IMG/VR virus record: IMGVR_UViG_3300030372_003823
Location: 1 to 29,438 of that record
Length of the DNA: 29,438 bases
Strand: one strand, 5' to 3'
From: a virus
Taxonomy: Duplodnaviria > Caudoviricetes
The stretch's first letter is position 1. Each line of letters opens with the position of its first letter. The position numbers were made by a program, and so were the translations under genes. Shown piece by piece: positions 14,107-25,024 of the stretch. The notes below the pieces were generated by a model. That model was not told where the DNA came from. It was given only the letters and a program-made list of their open reading frames with translations, and ran no database searches.

Positions 14107-16581
14107 CTATCTTGCATTGGCATATTTGAAGGGCATCTCAGCAAAGGCCATGTAGATATATGTAGCACTCGATGTGTTAAATGCTGTTCCACGATGCTTA
14201 AATCCGTTTGATAATAAATCAAGCCAATCTCCGATGCTGTATTCAGCATTATTTAAGTCTGGATATAATCTATCTTTCAAAGGATTAATAGGTGACCTAG
14301 TTGAATCCCCCATACCCCACGACTCTGTACCTGTTGAGTTTTTGACTATAACAAAAGCTGGTCTAAATCCAGTATAGACAAACGGACCATCTGCATCTCC
14401 ATTTCCAGTAAAGCTACCAAACTTTGAATAACCCTCAACCTCTGCAAAACAATATGCAACATACGTATCTGTACTATAATGAGTATAGTTATGTTTAATA
14501 CCAAATACACTTGAAGTTGGGTTACTAGTTGTAAAAATATCATAATCTCTTGTAGCCGCGTTTGTGAATATAAGTGTATTTTCGACACTACCAGTTCCCA
14601 CATGGTATATATCCCAATTAAACGCTGATATTCTATTTTTTGCTATAATCACTTTTGGCACTGCACCCAAGCCATGACCTACTGTTTGGTCACTTGTATT
14701 ATTTGGCGAGGTATAAGTTACAATGCTAAACCCTGCCTTTGTATTGGCTGAAACTGTACTTGTTATTGAACCATCTGAATTGCTTGCTGTGCTGTTTGCT
14801 CCTAGCCAGTTCCATCCCACATACGCATTACTACTTGTATTCCATGAGTGTCCTACTGATACATCTGAAAGTCTAAACCCATCTGTCTGAAAAGGTCCAA
14901 AATAATCACTATACGCATACTCTGCGTCAGTAGCATTCGAAAATAAAGTTGCTCCTGCTCCTCTAACAGCATCATGTAATGCATGCCATCCTGACGTACT
15001 AGACCTATTTTTAATCCACACAAAATCTGGCTGAAACCCAACGCCACTTATATCATGGTCTGTACTTCCGTTTCCACTCCAAAGAACTGTATTAAAATGG
15101 TCTGATGGTTGCTCCCCATTTAAAGGACTGATTGTTGGCTCTGGAAGATTTGCTGTGCATAAAGCGAGATAACCAGACGGAGGCGAATAGTAAAAATCAC
15201 CATGCCCATTTTGGTCTGCGTTATTCTGTGCCGTCACATTCCCTGCAAAAGAACTATCTTGCCCTGCATTTATATTAACGTGTTGAGAAGCATTATTGAC
15301 TACATCACAAAAGAAAAACATTCCAGTTGGAACTGAAGATGCACATTCATTAGCACCAGTTGCAGGATTTCCGTCTGTTCCACCATCTGCCGCATACCAA
15401 GTATTCGCAACTCCAACCCACATCTTTCCGTTATCTACGTCATACGCAATTTGGATTACTGTATCAGGAGACGTAATTGATAGAGAACCAATAACTTCCG
15501 CTCCGTTTGCTATGACTTGCCCTGCCGTTGATTGATATATTCCCCATGCTCCAGAAGATGACCCAACTGGGTGAGTATTTGTTACGGCATAGGCTTCAGT
15601 ACAAATTCCCATTGCTGTAGCCGTTGAACCTCCTAATGCCGCTGTATGAATAAACTCAGCATACCATTTCCCTGAGTTCATTTGTATTGTGCCTTTAATA
15701 TTACTGTGACTGCCTGATGTGCTACTTGTCGCAGAAGTGTTTCCCTCTTTTGTCGAAATGTCTGAATCTTTATTTAAAACATTCCATGTACAAAAATTAT
15801 TGGTGGGTGAGTCAGGTATATTTGAATCTGTTGATGCAAATCCTGATGTTGTATAATGATTATTATTTCCAGAACTGTCTGCTCCAATCGTTGATGCTGA
15901 TGCTGTGCCAGTTCCAGTTTGGTCAAACTTTAAATAATACCCATTAGTTCCATGTGACCCAGTATAGGCTTTTGGAATCCAGACACCTTCTTTAGTTTCA
16001 CCAAAAGCACTAGGAGCATTCGAAACCCCATCTGTAAAATGAACCTCTGCTAAATACCCATTTAACAAATTTCCATTGACTTGGTTACAGCCAACATAGT
16101 GAGCCACAGTATCATTAATGCCTGTTTCAAAATCTTCAGCAAATGAACTTGACCTTGCATCCGTTGCATAGTCTGCTTCAGTTCCATTAATATAAAATTT
16201 TAATCTATTTGAAGCTGTACTTTGAGTCGTGTCGCACCTACACATTATATGATACCATGAGGCAGTATCACGCAAATCTGCTGATGCTTTTAAAATAACT
16301 GCATTATTACTATAGAATTGTAAGTGCTGTTCATCTCCAGACACCATAAAAGCCGTGAGTTCTGCACTAGCCCCATTGGCTGTAAAAAAATCAAAATCTG
16401 ATGTCATATCTCCAGTATTTTTTAACCACCCACTCCATGTCCAAGTTCTCTGATTTGTCGCTGAACTAGGGGTTTTGGTAAGATACGCTGAACTTGCTTT
16501 ATCAAAACGAGCAGATTGGTCTATTTCATGCGGATAGAAACCAGAGTCGGTAAACCATTTCTCTGAGGAAAAGTTAACCAT
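14107..16581 (-). CDS. Receptor-binding/tail fibre protein with LamG (ConA-like) and SPRY domains
   Basis: TWTWSGW...WYHI...FYING...GYLAEVHF.DG (LamG); SGKWYAEF...PPSGYLALC (SPRY); GFQPDFVWIK, HGLG..P and GFRPAFVIVK C-terminal region. Confidence 0.75.
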   Translation of the reverse strand: MVNFSSEKWFTDSGFYPHEIDQSARFDKASSAYLTKTPSSATNQRTWTWSGWLKNTGDMTSDFDFFTANGASAELTAFMVSGDEQHLQFYSNNAVILKASADLRDTASWYHIMCRCDTTQSTASNRLKFYINGTEADYATDARSSSFAEDFETGINDTVAHYVGCNQVNGNLLNGYLAEVHFTDGVSNAPSAFGETKEGVWIPKAYTGSHGTNGYYLKFDQTGTGTASASTIGADSSGNNNHYTTSGFASTDSNIPDSPTNNFCTWNVLNKDSDISTKEGNTSATSSTSGSHSNIKGTIQMNSGKWYAEFIHTAALGGSTATAMGICTEAYAVTNTHPVGSSSGAWGIYQSTAGQVIANGAEVIGSLSITSPDTVIQIAYDVDNGKMWVGVANTWYAADGGTDGNPATGANECASSVPTGMFFFCDVVNNASQHVNINAGQDSSFAGNVTAQNNADQNGHGDFYYSPPSGYLALCTANLPEPTISPLNGEQPSDHFNTVLWSGNGSTDHDISGVGFQPDFVWIKNRSSTSGWHALHDAVRGAGATLFSNATDAEYAYSDYFGPFQTDGFRLSDVSVGHSWNTSSNAYVGWNWLGANSTASNSDGSITSTVSANTKAGFSIVTYTSPNNTSDQTVGHGLGAVPKVIIAKNRISAFNWDIYHVGTGSVENTLIFTNAATRDYDIFTTSNPTSSVFGIKHNYTHYSTDTYVAYCFAEVEGYSKFGSFTGNGDADGPFVYTGFRPAFVIVKNSTGTESWGMGDSTRSPINPLKDRLYPDLNNAEYSIGDWLDLLSNGFKHRGTAFNTSSATYIYMAFAEMPFKYANAR

Positions 16582-19250
16582 TATGAAAAAGCCTTTGAAG
16601 GACTGCCAAGCAAGACACTATTGTCTGCCTTTATAAAATAAGGAACGACATCATATTGATTGTTGGTTGAAGATAAAGTTAAGCCACCACCATTAATGCT
16701 TTCGTAGTCACCATGAAGACTAACAGTGCCTGCCGAAGATGATGAAGGTTGAATGAATACAATTACTCCAGTTTGTCCAATCTGTGATGCTTCTGTCGTA
16801 GGAGCCGCTAGAGTGTTAGAGCCACTCGCTAGGGTAATGATAAAATTTTGGTAGGTATCATAGTCTAATACTCCACTTGTTGCAGATAAAGCCGCAGTAT
16901 AAGTGCTAGGTAATTGTGCTTTTGTAAATGTATTCTGTTCATCTGTTTTAACAACGGCAGCCTCTAAACTTACAGCACCACTTGATACTGTAAAATCAGC
17001 AGATGCAAAAGATGCTATACCTTTGTTAGATGTTGTAGCATCCTCACCAGCTATCGTAAGTGTATCTGTCGCTGAAACCGTTGCATCAATACCTTCGCCT
17101 GATGTGACAGTAAGAGTGTTTCCTGATGAAACTGTCTCAGAGGTTGATCCATCGGTTATCGTAAATCCAGTACCATCTGCACCAGATTGAACAAACTGAA
17201 CCCCAACCCCGTCAGTATTCGAAAATGAACCATTGGACACCACATGAGTTACGGGAACCTTTGTATATCCAGATGCGTCTGTTACGGCTCCAGATACCTT
17301 AAAAAGAGCATAGGTTCCAGTGGCACCCTCTTTTGTAACTTGAACATATCCTCTTGCTACAGTATTTGAAACATCATCCCATGACTGCACAAAACCAGAG
17401 ATATCAGCACCAGCATCATCTACATCATCTACATATAAAATTGAAACTGAACTTAGGGTTCCATGATTAAACGCAATCTTGCCTGCCCCAGGATCTGCGT
17501 CAGATGTCGAACTACTCCAAGTCATTGAAAGGCCAGATGTGCCTGCCGTGCTACCCGTGGCTCCCGTAGCCCCAGTGTCACCTTTTAGACCCGTCATTGT
17601 AAAATGGACGGAGAGGATATCACCAGCAGTGAATGTATTGTTACTTACTAAATGCGTAACCGCCAGTTTTACATAACCACTTGCATCGGTGCTTGCTCCA
17701 GAAATCTTAAATCTTGCATAGGTACTAGGATCGTCAGTATCGACTATATGAAGGTATCCTCTAATGGTTGAGGTGCTATCATCCCAAGTTAAGAGATCGG
17801 CAGAGACATCAACTCCATTGGAGTCATTGTCATCAATGTAAATAGCCGTTGCTGACGCATAGGTTCCGTTATTAAATCTTATGTCTCCAGATCCAGGGTC
17901 TGCATCCGAAGTTCCGTTATCGAATGTAAATGTATATCCAGGAACGGCACCATCATTACCACTAGCTGTAAAATGAACTGACAGTTCATCAGCAGCTGAA
18001 AAGGTATTGTTCGATACAATATGAGTAACTGCTAATTTATTATACCCACTTGCATCTGTAGCTGCTCCCGTGATCTTGAATTTTGCATAGGTTGTTTTGT
18101 CGTTAATATCGACAATCTGCAAATATCCCTTTGTACCAGCCGTACTGTCATCCCAGGTAATTGTATCAGCTTGTGTTGAAACTCCGTGCTGGTCTGCATC
18201 ATCAATATAGATTGCAGTCACACTTGAATATGTTCCGTGGTTAAAGGAAATCTCCCCTGCTCCAGGATCGGCATCACTTGTGCCAGTGTCGAATTTATAA
18301 AAATAACCTGGAGAAACTCCATCTTCGCCACTTGCTGCAAAACTTACCCAGACTTTATCATCCGCTGCAAGAGTTCCAGAACCATCGATATAAGTCAGAT
18401 TAACTTTCGTATATCCACTAGCATCGACCAATGCTGAACTTATTTTAAATGTATGCCATGTATCAAGGACACCAGCCTTTGTTAATCTTATCCTTCCTCT
18501 GTTCGTGGGGTTCGCTGAAACATCATCCCATGACTGCACCCAAGCTGAAACATCGGTTCCGTTAAATTCAAGGTCATCAATATACGCGATTGTACTCGAA
18601 CTGATTGTTGCATGGTTGAGTCGAAGGTAACCGCTACCAGGATCGGAATCCGTGGTTGTTGTGCTAAACTTAAACATCGCTGCATCACCGCCTGCTGGGA
18701 GAAAATCAGCAATAGTTGTGAGGTCACCAGAACTATCGAAACCAAGGGTCTTACTTGCTCTAGTTGAAGCATTGTCCACAAATTCAGATGATGAAATCTC
18801 ATTTGTCTTTGAAACCTTAAATGTTCTACCTAATGTTTCTTCATGTTGCTGAACCATAAAAGTTAGCTTATCTAAACTGTTTTCAAATCCAGCGGCTGGG
18901 AAGGGATCGTTGGCAACCATATCCAGACTTTGGGTGAGAGGTTGTTCTCTGAGAAGAATAACTGTTTCACCACTTGCAGGCCGATAGTCCGTTGCTGAAT
19001 AGTGAGCATCGGATGTAGAACCGCCTGCTGAAGTTGTATTGTATTTAAATAAAACCGTGCCGCCCGAAGCCTCACCAGCCCCCGTAACCACATACTCTGT
19101 GTTGAGAGTCTTTGTCGTTTCTGACCCAGTGGAGGCTCTTACAATAACTGTCAGATCTGTATCGGCAAAGATCTTGAAACCATAGGCAAAGCTATGTGTG
19201 CTGCCATCTCCGCTTGCTGATGCTCTGTTTGTCGTACTAGAAACTGTCAT
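16581..19250 (-). CDS. Tail fibre with T7 gp17-like N-terminal adaptor and four ~124-aa repeats
   Basis: GDGST.SF...F.I...DL.V...LDKLT..VQQ adaptor; repeats marked by D.DPG.G, WDD and DASGY.K. Confidence 0.8.
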   Translation of the reverse strand: MTVSSTTNRASASGDGSTHSFAYGFKIFADTDLTVIVRASTGSETTKTLNTEYVVTGAGEASGGTVLFKYNTTSAGGSTSDAHYSATDYRPASGETVILLREQPLTQSLDMVANDPFPAAGFENSLDKLTFMVQQHEETLGRTFKVSKTNEISSSEFVDNASTRASKTLGFDSSGDLTTIADFLPAGGDAAMFKFSTTTTDSDPGSGYLRLNHATISSSTIAYIDDLEFNGTDVSAWVQSWDDVSANPTNRGRIRLTKAGVLDTWHTFKISSALVDASGYTKVNLTYIDGSGTLAADDKVWVSFAASGEDGVSPGYFYKFDTGTSDADPGAGEISFNHGTYSSVTAIYIDDADQHGVSTQADTITWDDSTAGTKGYLQIVDINDKTTYAKFKITGAATDASGYNKLAVTHIVSNNTFSAADELSVHFTASGNDGAVPGYTFTFDNGTSDADPGSGDIRFNNGTYASATAIYIDDNDSNGVDVSADLLTWDDSTSTIRGYLHIVDTDDPSTYARFKISGASTDASGYVKLAVTHLVSNNTFTAGDILSVHFTMTGLKGDTGATGATGSTAGTSGLSMTWSSSTSDADPGAGKIAFNHGTLSSVSILYVDDVDDAGADISGFVQSWDDVSNTVARGYVQVTKEGATGTYALFKVSGAVTDASGYTKVPVTHVVSNGSFSNTDGVGVQFVQSGADGTGFTITDGSTSETVSSGNTLTVTSGEGIDATVSATDTLTIAGEDATTSNKGIASFASADFTVSSGAVSLEAAVVKTDEQNTFTKAQLPSTYTAALSATSGVLDYDTYQNFIITLASGSNTLAAPTTEASQIGQTGVIVFIQPSSSSAGTVSLHGDYESINGGGLTLSSTNNQYDVVPYFIKADNSVLLGSPSKAFS

Positions 19251-19261
19251 TTTCTATTTCC

Positions 19262-22200
19262 TTATTGAGGGGTATTTCCTATAATTCTTCGTTTTGCTTC
19301 ATCTAAATTAGCAAAAAGTTTTCGTAGTTCTGAGTATTCTGGCTGCCTTAATAACTGTTCCCAAGCCGCTTCTTTAAAATCTTTATCGGCTTTTCTAATC
19401 ATCGATAGCTTTTGGTAATCATTTGCTCGATCATACTTTTCACCAATCTTAGAGGTTGGCCTTAATAGATCTTCTAAATATTGTTTAAAGGTTACAGACT
19501 CATTCAGTGTTTTTATTTTTATGCCGAACTCTTCGGATTTTGCTAAAGCCATCCAATCTGAAATTATCCCTTTAGTTAGTTTTACTCCATCTTTCTGTTT
19601 AGGGTTGGAAAAGGGCCATGCTTCACCTGGCAAAACCGACTGCAATCGCATTACTTCAAGGAGTGGTTTAGAAGGTTCTTCCCCTGGTTGTATTCTTAAT
19701 CCTGATAGCATTGATAAAATGCTTAGTATTGGATTAGCACTTAGGCTAACATTTTCTGCGCCCATAACATTGCCCATTGTGTCATACCTTGGGGCTACCA
19801 ATTCATCTCTATCTTTCCATACTGATGCTACGGCTGATACTGGTTGTATGCGGTTTTTCTCTGTAAGCTGCACTAAGTGAGTTCCGTAATACTCCATACT
19901 TTCCAATGTTTTTGCAAACGTACCTTCTGCCTGCTTTGGTGTACCTACCTTGGAATAGTCAGGCTGACCATTTGGCAGAGTAAACAAAAACCTATTATTA
20001 GGCTGGTCTGGATTAATTACTTGAGTGATATCGCCTATAGTATAGAAATTACTTAATTGCCCACGGGCATCCATTGTTGTTGGATCTATGGCTCTGTTAA
20101 TAGATCTGCTTAGTCCTGAGAAAATAAAAGGGAAATTTTCCGCTGGGCCTTCTGCAATACCTTTTAAAAATCCCCAATCATCTGCGTCTTTGCCTCTTTC
20201 CAAAACATCAATGGTATCTGCTAAACCTTGCAGCATTGGCATTTCTTCTAGGTACGGTGCTACTGATACTATCATTGCGTGCATAAAATCCGCGTGCCTT
20301 TCAAGTAAACCATCAGAGGCCGTCAATCCTTTATAGTATTCTTGGTATGCGTTTGCAGTAACACCAAAGACACCGCCAACTGGTTCCATACCCATGTAAC
20401 TTACATAGGTTAATTTACCATTTGGTCTGCCATATTCGTCATAAAGTGGCTTGCCTTCTGGAAAGTCCTCTCCCTTAAAAACAAATGAATAGGGCATCCA
20501 ACCTGGAGGGAGGTTTTCTCTTTCTCTTTTATCGTTGGGATAACCGCCCGTCATACGACCACGGGACACCATCTCGCCAACATATGTTGCCATGCCCGTA
20601 GCTAAGCCAATTTTACCAACTGCATTTTGATGGGCCGCTGCACCATTTTTACCCAAAAGATTAGCCATGAATTTTGGATGAAACATTTGGAGATACGGCA
20701 TATTTTCTGCGGCATTAATAATAGAATTTGTTGGTGCTACGGAAAATGGAATAATAAATCTTCCAAGCCATGTATTTTGTACGGCCCTAGTTGCTTTACC
20801 TAAAAACCCTAAATCGGACTGCATTGTATTATGTAGAGCCGTTGTTTCTAAATCTGTGGCAAAACTAACGGGATCTAACAAAACCATTTGGGCATTTGCT
20901 ACCGCTTCTTCATGGGTCTTACCTTGGTTAAGAGAATGTCTGTAGCGATGGTGTGCTTTTACATTTAACTCCCCTCTTGTGGATATTGTTTTAAACCATT
21001 CATCAGCCGCCAGTAACAACGAAAATGGTGTTCGAATAACTTTGCCTAACCAGTTTATGCCCTGCCCAAATCGAGTAGATTCATCCATACTTTTAATAGC
21101 CGCCATATCTTCGACTTCTATCTTTGTACCTCTGGTTGGCATCCCAGTTACAAATGCGTGTTTTGCAGCAACCCATGCGTCTGCAAAAGAACCTATTTGA
21201 CCATGTACTCTTACTAATACATCTTTAGTATACATTTGGTCTTCAGTTAAGTTTGCCTTTAATCCAGGGTTAATAGCCCTTAAAGTATCACCATAAATAC
21301 CACCCAGAAGTTCGGACGGGTACTGATACATAATGTAAGTAGCATTGCCGAAAAAGTTTCTGAACTGGGTAGCAGGGCCACTTAATATACTTGTTAAAAA
21401 AAGTTCGTGAACAACTCGTCTGGATTTCGCGTACCAACCATCTTGGGATAATCTGTTAACAGAAGCTAAACCGCCAATATTATTAGCCTTTATAAGACCT
21501 TTAGCAAGTGATTTAGTTACATTATCCGAATGCCCTTCCATAGCTAAATTAACCAGCTTGCCCATTTCTGCTTCATCAAAATTGCCAACGGGTATTTTAA
21601 AGCTATTTAAGGCTCTGGCTATTTCCGTTTGCGCTCCTTTAACTTGCATTTGTATGGCAGAATGTACCGCCATTTGCCTTCTAAATTTTAACTTATCGAC
21701 ATCAGTAGCCGTTCCGTTTTCTATTTTGTTAGCAAGTGTAAGTAATTTTTTTGCACTGTTTGCCAGCAACTCTCTGGCGGCAACCATCATTTCTGCGGAA
21801 AAACCTTCGCCTTCTCTGCGCTTTAAGATCTTAGCCGTTATACCAATTTCATCTTGGAGAAGATTAACCGCCTTATATTTAGTTTCCTCATGGCTCATCT
21901 CTCCCCGTTTAAAAAGATTGGTTTCCCCTTTAAACACTTGTGATGTTGCCTCAATAGCTTTTAAAACATCTTCTTCAGTTTCAATGTTTTCGAAATTAAA
22001 ATCTGTCCCTTTTGTTTTTAAATCAGATGCGCCTTTTTTTAACTCTTCAAAGAACTGTTCTGATTTCGGTGATGTAATATCGTAGCTTTCACCAACTTGG
22101 ATGTTAGCACCCCTTCGTTGCCGATTTAAGGCCGTAGAGGCTTGTTGCTTAACCCCTTTCATTGTTTGTAGGTCTTCGGCTATTTGCAGTTCTGTATCGT

Positions 22201-22636
22201 CTAGTGCTTTAAGTGCATCCTCTTGAGCCGCTAAATCTTCTAATGAAGTTGCTTTAAAATTCTGTTTTTTAAATTGCTCAAAACCTTCTGGTGTCATTAT
22301 ACTTTGCGACAACAGTTCTTTTGCTTTTCTCTCGCTATATTCTCCTTTATCTGGAACTATGCCTCTTTCCTGAGTTGTGGGAATACGGCTCGGTTGTAAA
22401 GAATTATCACCTATAGTTTCGGATACTTTTGTACCTTTCAGTACCGAATTGATTATGTCGAAAATACCTTCCTTATTGCCTGACTTAAATAAATTAAGAA
22501 GTTTTGAGGAACCGAAGCCAGAGGCAAGCTGAATATTAGGGTTATCTGCGAACTCAGTCGGTTGTCCTTGTGCCAGGTTGTTCTGAGAACGAATGTTACT
22601 CTCAGCTATTTCGCCAGGGTCTTTTGGTAGTGCCAT
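19262..22636 (-). CDS. Large internal virion (ejection) protein
   Basis: 1124 aa in the podovirus gp16-like position between the other internal proteins and the tail fibre; GWMPYS and YVSY.G.EP motifs. Confidence 0.6.
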   Translation of the reverse strand: MALPKDPGEIAESNIRSQNNLAQGQPTEFADNPNIQLASGFGSSKLLNLFKSGNKEGIFDIINSVLKGTKVSETIGDNSLQPSRIPTTQERGIVPDKGEYSERKAKELLSQSIMTPEGFEQFKKQNFKATSLEDLAAQEDALKALDDTELQIAEDLQTMKGVKQQASTALNRQRRGANIQVGESYDITSPKSEQFFEELKKGASDLKTKGTDFNFENIETEEDVLKAIEATSQVFKGETNLFKRGEMSHEETKYKAVNLLQDEIGITAKILKRREGEGFSAEMMVAARELLANSAKKLLTLANKIENGTATDVDKLKFRRQMAVHSAIQMQVKGAQTEIARALNSFKIPVGNFDEAEMGKLVNLAMEGHSDNVTKSLAKGLIKANNIGGLASVNRLSQDGWYAKSRRVVHELFLTSILSGPATQFRNFFGNATYIMYQYPSELLGGIYGDTLRAINPGLKANLTEDQMYTKDVLVRVHGQIGSFADAWVAAKHAFVTGMPTRGTKIEVEDMAAIKSMDESTRFGQGINWLGKVIRTPFSLLLAADEWFKTISTRGELNVKAHHRYRHSLNQGKTHEEAVANAQMVLLDPVSFATDLETTALHNTMQSDLGFLGKATRAVQNTWLGRFIIPFSVAPTNSIINAAENMPYLQMFHPKFMANLLGKNGAAAHQNAVGKIGLATGMATYVGEMVSRGRMTGGYPNDKRERENLPPGWMPYSFVFKGEDFPEGKPLYDEYGRPNGKLTYVSYMGMEPVGGVFGVTANAYQEYYKGLTASDGLLERHADFMHAMIVSVAPYLEEMPMLQGLADTIDVLERGKDADDWGFLKGIAEGPAENFPFIFSGLSRSINRAIDPTTMDARGQLSNFYTIGDITQVINPDQPNNRFLFTLPNGQPDYSKVGTPKQAEGTFAKTLESMEYYGTHLVQLTEKNRIQPVSAVASVWKDRDELVAPRYDTMGNVMGAENVSLSANPILSILSMLSGLRIQPGEEPSKPLLEVMRLQSVLPGEAWPFSNPKQKDGVKLTKGIISDWMALAKSEEFGIKIKTLNESVTFKQYLEDLLRPTSKIGEKYDRANDYQKLSMIRKADKDFKEAAWEQLLRQPEYSELRKLFANLDEAKRRIIGNTPQ

Positions 22637-22644
22637 ATATCCAT

Positions 22645-22669
22645 AAAAAAAGGGCAGTCACTGCTGCCC
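22645..22669 (-). terminator. Intrinsic terminator just upstream of the 1124-aa gene
   Basis: GGGCAG-CAGTGA-CTGCCC-TTTTTTT on the minus strand. Confidence 0.75.
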
Positions 22670-22680
22670 ATCTTAATTAA

Positions 22681-22709
22681 TTTATACTGTGTTTTAGTTA
22701 ATTCGTAAA
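22681..22709 (-). promoter_or_regulatory. Second copy of the putative late promoter
   Basis: TTTACG-N17-TATAAA with the same AATTAA-N3-AAACAC spacer as 2139-2167. Confidence 0.55.
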
Positions 22710-22922
22710 CTAATTTCTAAACATTTCTGGTAAGTCAGCCTCAAGTTCTGAAGGAAACGGAGAAGGGACTTCACCCAAATATGCTAAATCTAAATAATTT
22801 TCTCTTGTAAGAGGTACGTTTGCCTCTTTCATCATCGCAATAACGGGATCATCATTCTGCCCATTCTGGGAGGTTGATACCTCCTGATCGTTCTTTGACA
22901 AGGTTTCTGGCTTCGGTTTCAT
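22710..22922 (-). CDS. Small acidic protein overlapping the end of the upstream effector-like gene
   Basis: GGAG precedes MKPK at 22922 (track start 22934); core DPVIAMMKEANVPLTRENYLDLAYLGEVP...ELEADLPE. Confidence 0.6.
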   Translation of the reverse strand: MKPKPETLSKNDQEVSTSQNGQNDDPVIAMMKEANVPLTRENYLDLAYLGEVPSPFPSELEADLPEMFRN

Positions 22923-25023
22923 CAATATCTCCATTTTTAAAACGATACCATATTTTGTTTATTTCTTCAACATTTTTAGCATTACCTTTAAAGGTTGGAG
23001 TGAACAGTCCCCGTGATGCTTCCCAAGTTATACTTTGCATTTCTCTTGGCAATACTCCCCGTTCTCTAGCTGCTCTTTGGTATGCTTCAACATACAAAGG
23101 ATAGTTACCGTATATACCAGATAATGCTGATCCTTTTGTCGTACCACGGCCCTTGACTGTCTGGTTTTTAAAGTTGTGATCTACTTCTAAAGATTTTCCA
23201 GATAAAGGTCTTAACAGTCCTCCAGCCACTGCGTGTGTATCTACAGTAACATCCCCTGACGGATTGTTAGGATCTGAAATATTATTAAAGAAATTTCTTA
23301 CTTTATGACGCATTCCCATAGTTTCTGAAATTTTATTAATATCACCATTAGCCATAATACTGTTTAATGCTTTACTTATTTCAACCAAACTACCCCACGA
23401 CACTTCTGCGTTTTCGCCTTTAATTGTTTTTGCATTATCTAAAAACTTACCTTCTGGAGATAGAATTTTGTACGATTTGTCGTTGTATGTTTCATCATAA
23501 ATACGAACCCATATACTTCTTAGATTTGATTGTATCTTAGGGTCAGGGTGCATTACCTCACCCAATTTTTTACCTTCAAGCATTTTAAGAAATGGTGCGT
23601 ATGCAGGCTTATTTAAAGCCTTAATAGACTTAAATGTTGAAACCATCTTAGGATCAAATACTTCGTTTGCTTTCTCTTTTACGATATCAATTGTTCTGAT
23701 ACCTAGTGAGGCATTTTGATACCAATCTTTTTGAGGAGATAAGGATGCCATCACACCAGAAACAGAAGTGTCCGCTATCCCGTATCTAGCTGCCATATCG
23801 TTAACAACCTTGTTTGCACCAACGTACCATTGCTTTGATCTATTCCTAATCACTTCTGGAGTTTCGTCATACAAATATAACAAATTGTTTTTGACATGAT
23901 CTACAAATTGCTCTGATAATTCATTTCCTTGATTTCCAAGATTTTGCATATTTGGGTAATCCTGAGTAATTCCCACATTAAAATTAAATAATCTTTCATC
24001 TTGTTTTAAATCGTCAAGGTTAACGGATAACTTAGTAGCAAAAGGATCTTCCGTCTTATTTACGGCAGTGGGTAATCGTGATGATATAACTTTGCCCAGT
24101 TTAACCATTGAAGATAACCCAGCTGCTTCCGCTTCCTCACCAGATGCAAAGGTTCCAATAGCTGCACCTCCAGCCATAAACTTAACTTTGTTGGCCTTCA
24201 TTATTCTAAAGGCATAGGGCAAAGCTAATAGCAGTCCACTAAAAGCACCTTCTTCCATTACGTTTTTTGTACGCAGCAGCAGCCTCTCAAACCCCACTTC
24301 CTCATCTTCTGGGCGGCTGCTTAAATATTCTATAACATCGTTTTGCATACCCAAGTCTTTGAGGAACGTAGCAATGTTGCCATCTTCCAGATCTAGTGTT
24401 GCGGATGCTAATGCAGCACCTTGCATACCCTTTTCAAAAAACATTCTTTCAAAAGAGGTGTTAACTCCTTTCTGCATTTTTGTTGTTCTTAATGCAGGGA
24501 TAAACATCGTTACTAGAAATGAAGCCATCGGCTCCAATGCTTCTTCAAGAACATTGGGATCGCCAATACGCATAAGTTCCATATCGCTAGTGGCATCACC
24601 TAATTTTGCCTGCTTTTCTCTTTCTGCCAATCCTTCTTCGGCAGACATCCACATTCCTTCTGATGCCCCAGGTATTACGGATTTTTGTCTATTAAACTTA
24701 AAATAAGGAATAGGAAGTCCAGCCTGACGAATGGCATCACCAATATCAGCACCTAACTTCATTACATTTTCGCCAACATCCAGTGCTACGTTCCCAGCAA
24801 ATTCACCTATGCCTTTTATCTTATCTGCCGTCTGCTCTGGCTTTGTAATAGCCTTTTCGACCATATTCATAGGGCCAACATTACCTAAATCAGACTCCAC
24901 AAAGTTAGCTAATCCTGACATAAGACTGCCAAACATACTTTGTTCATCAGCAATCTGATCGGCTGACTTATCCTGATAGATTTCGTTTTCTACCACTGGC
25001 CTCATTTCTGCTTCAATATCCAT
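22852..25023 (-). CDS. Internal virion protein with a C-terminal HhH-GPD/DUF7178-like domain
   Basis: Position in the ejection-protein block; C-terminal WY...ASLSPQ.DW..N, KVRNF..NI, VTVDTHA and Y..AA...G..P.EMQSITW motifs. Confidence 0.65.
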   Translation of the reverse strand: MDIEAEMRPVVENEIYQDKSADQIADEQSMFGSLMSGLANFVESDLGNVGPMNMVEKAITKPEQTADKIKGIGEFAGNVALDVGENVMKLGADIGDAIRQAGLPIPYFKFNRQKSVIPGASEGMWMSAEEGLAEREKQAKLGDATSDMELMRIGDPNVLEEALEPMASFLVTMFIPALRTTKMQKGVNTSFERMFFEKGMQGAALASATLDLEDGNIATFLKDLGMQNDVIEYLSSRPEDEEVGFERLLLRTKNVMEEGAFSGLLLALPYAFRIMKANKVKFMAGGAAIGTFASGEEAEAAGLSSMVKLGKVISSRLPTAVNKTEDPFATKLSVNLDDLKQDERLFNFNVGITQDYPNMQNLGNQGNELSEQFVDHVKNNLLYLYDETPEVIRNRSKQWYVGANKVVNDMAARYGIADTSVSGVMASLSPQKDWYQNASLGIRTIDIVKEKANEVFDPKMVSTFKSIKALNKPAYAPFLKMLEGKKLGEVMHPDPKIQSNLRSIWVRIYDETYNDKSYKILSPEGKFLDNAKTIKGENAEVSWGSLVEISKALNSIMANGDINKISETMGMRHKVRNFFNNISDPNNPSGDVTVDTHAVAGGLLRPLSGKSLEVDHNFKNQTVKGRGTTKGSALSGIYGNYPLYVEAYQRAARERGVLPREMQSITWEASRGLFTPTFKGNAKNVEEINKIWYRFKNGDIDETEARNLVKERSGGINLPEWAE

Positions 25024-25024
25024 A

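Noticed and set aside
14107-19250. Diversity-generating retroelement or invertible tail-fibre cassette
   Set aside because: No reverse transcriptase or invertase and no near-identical TR/VR or inverted repeat pair seen by eye; fibre repeats are diverged at DNA level.
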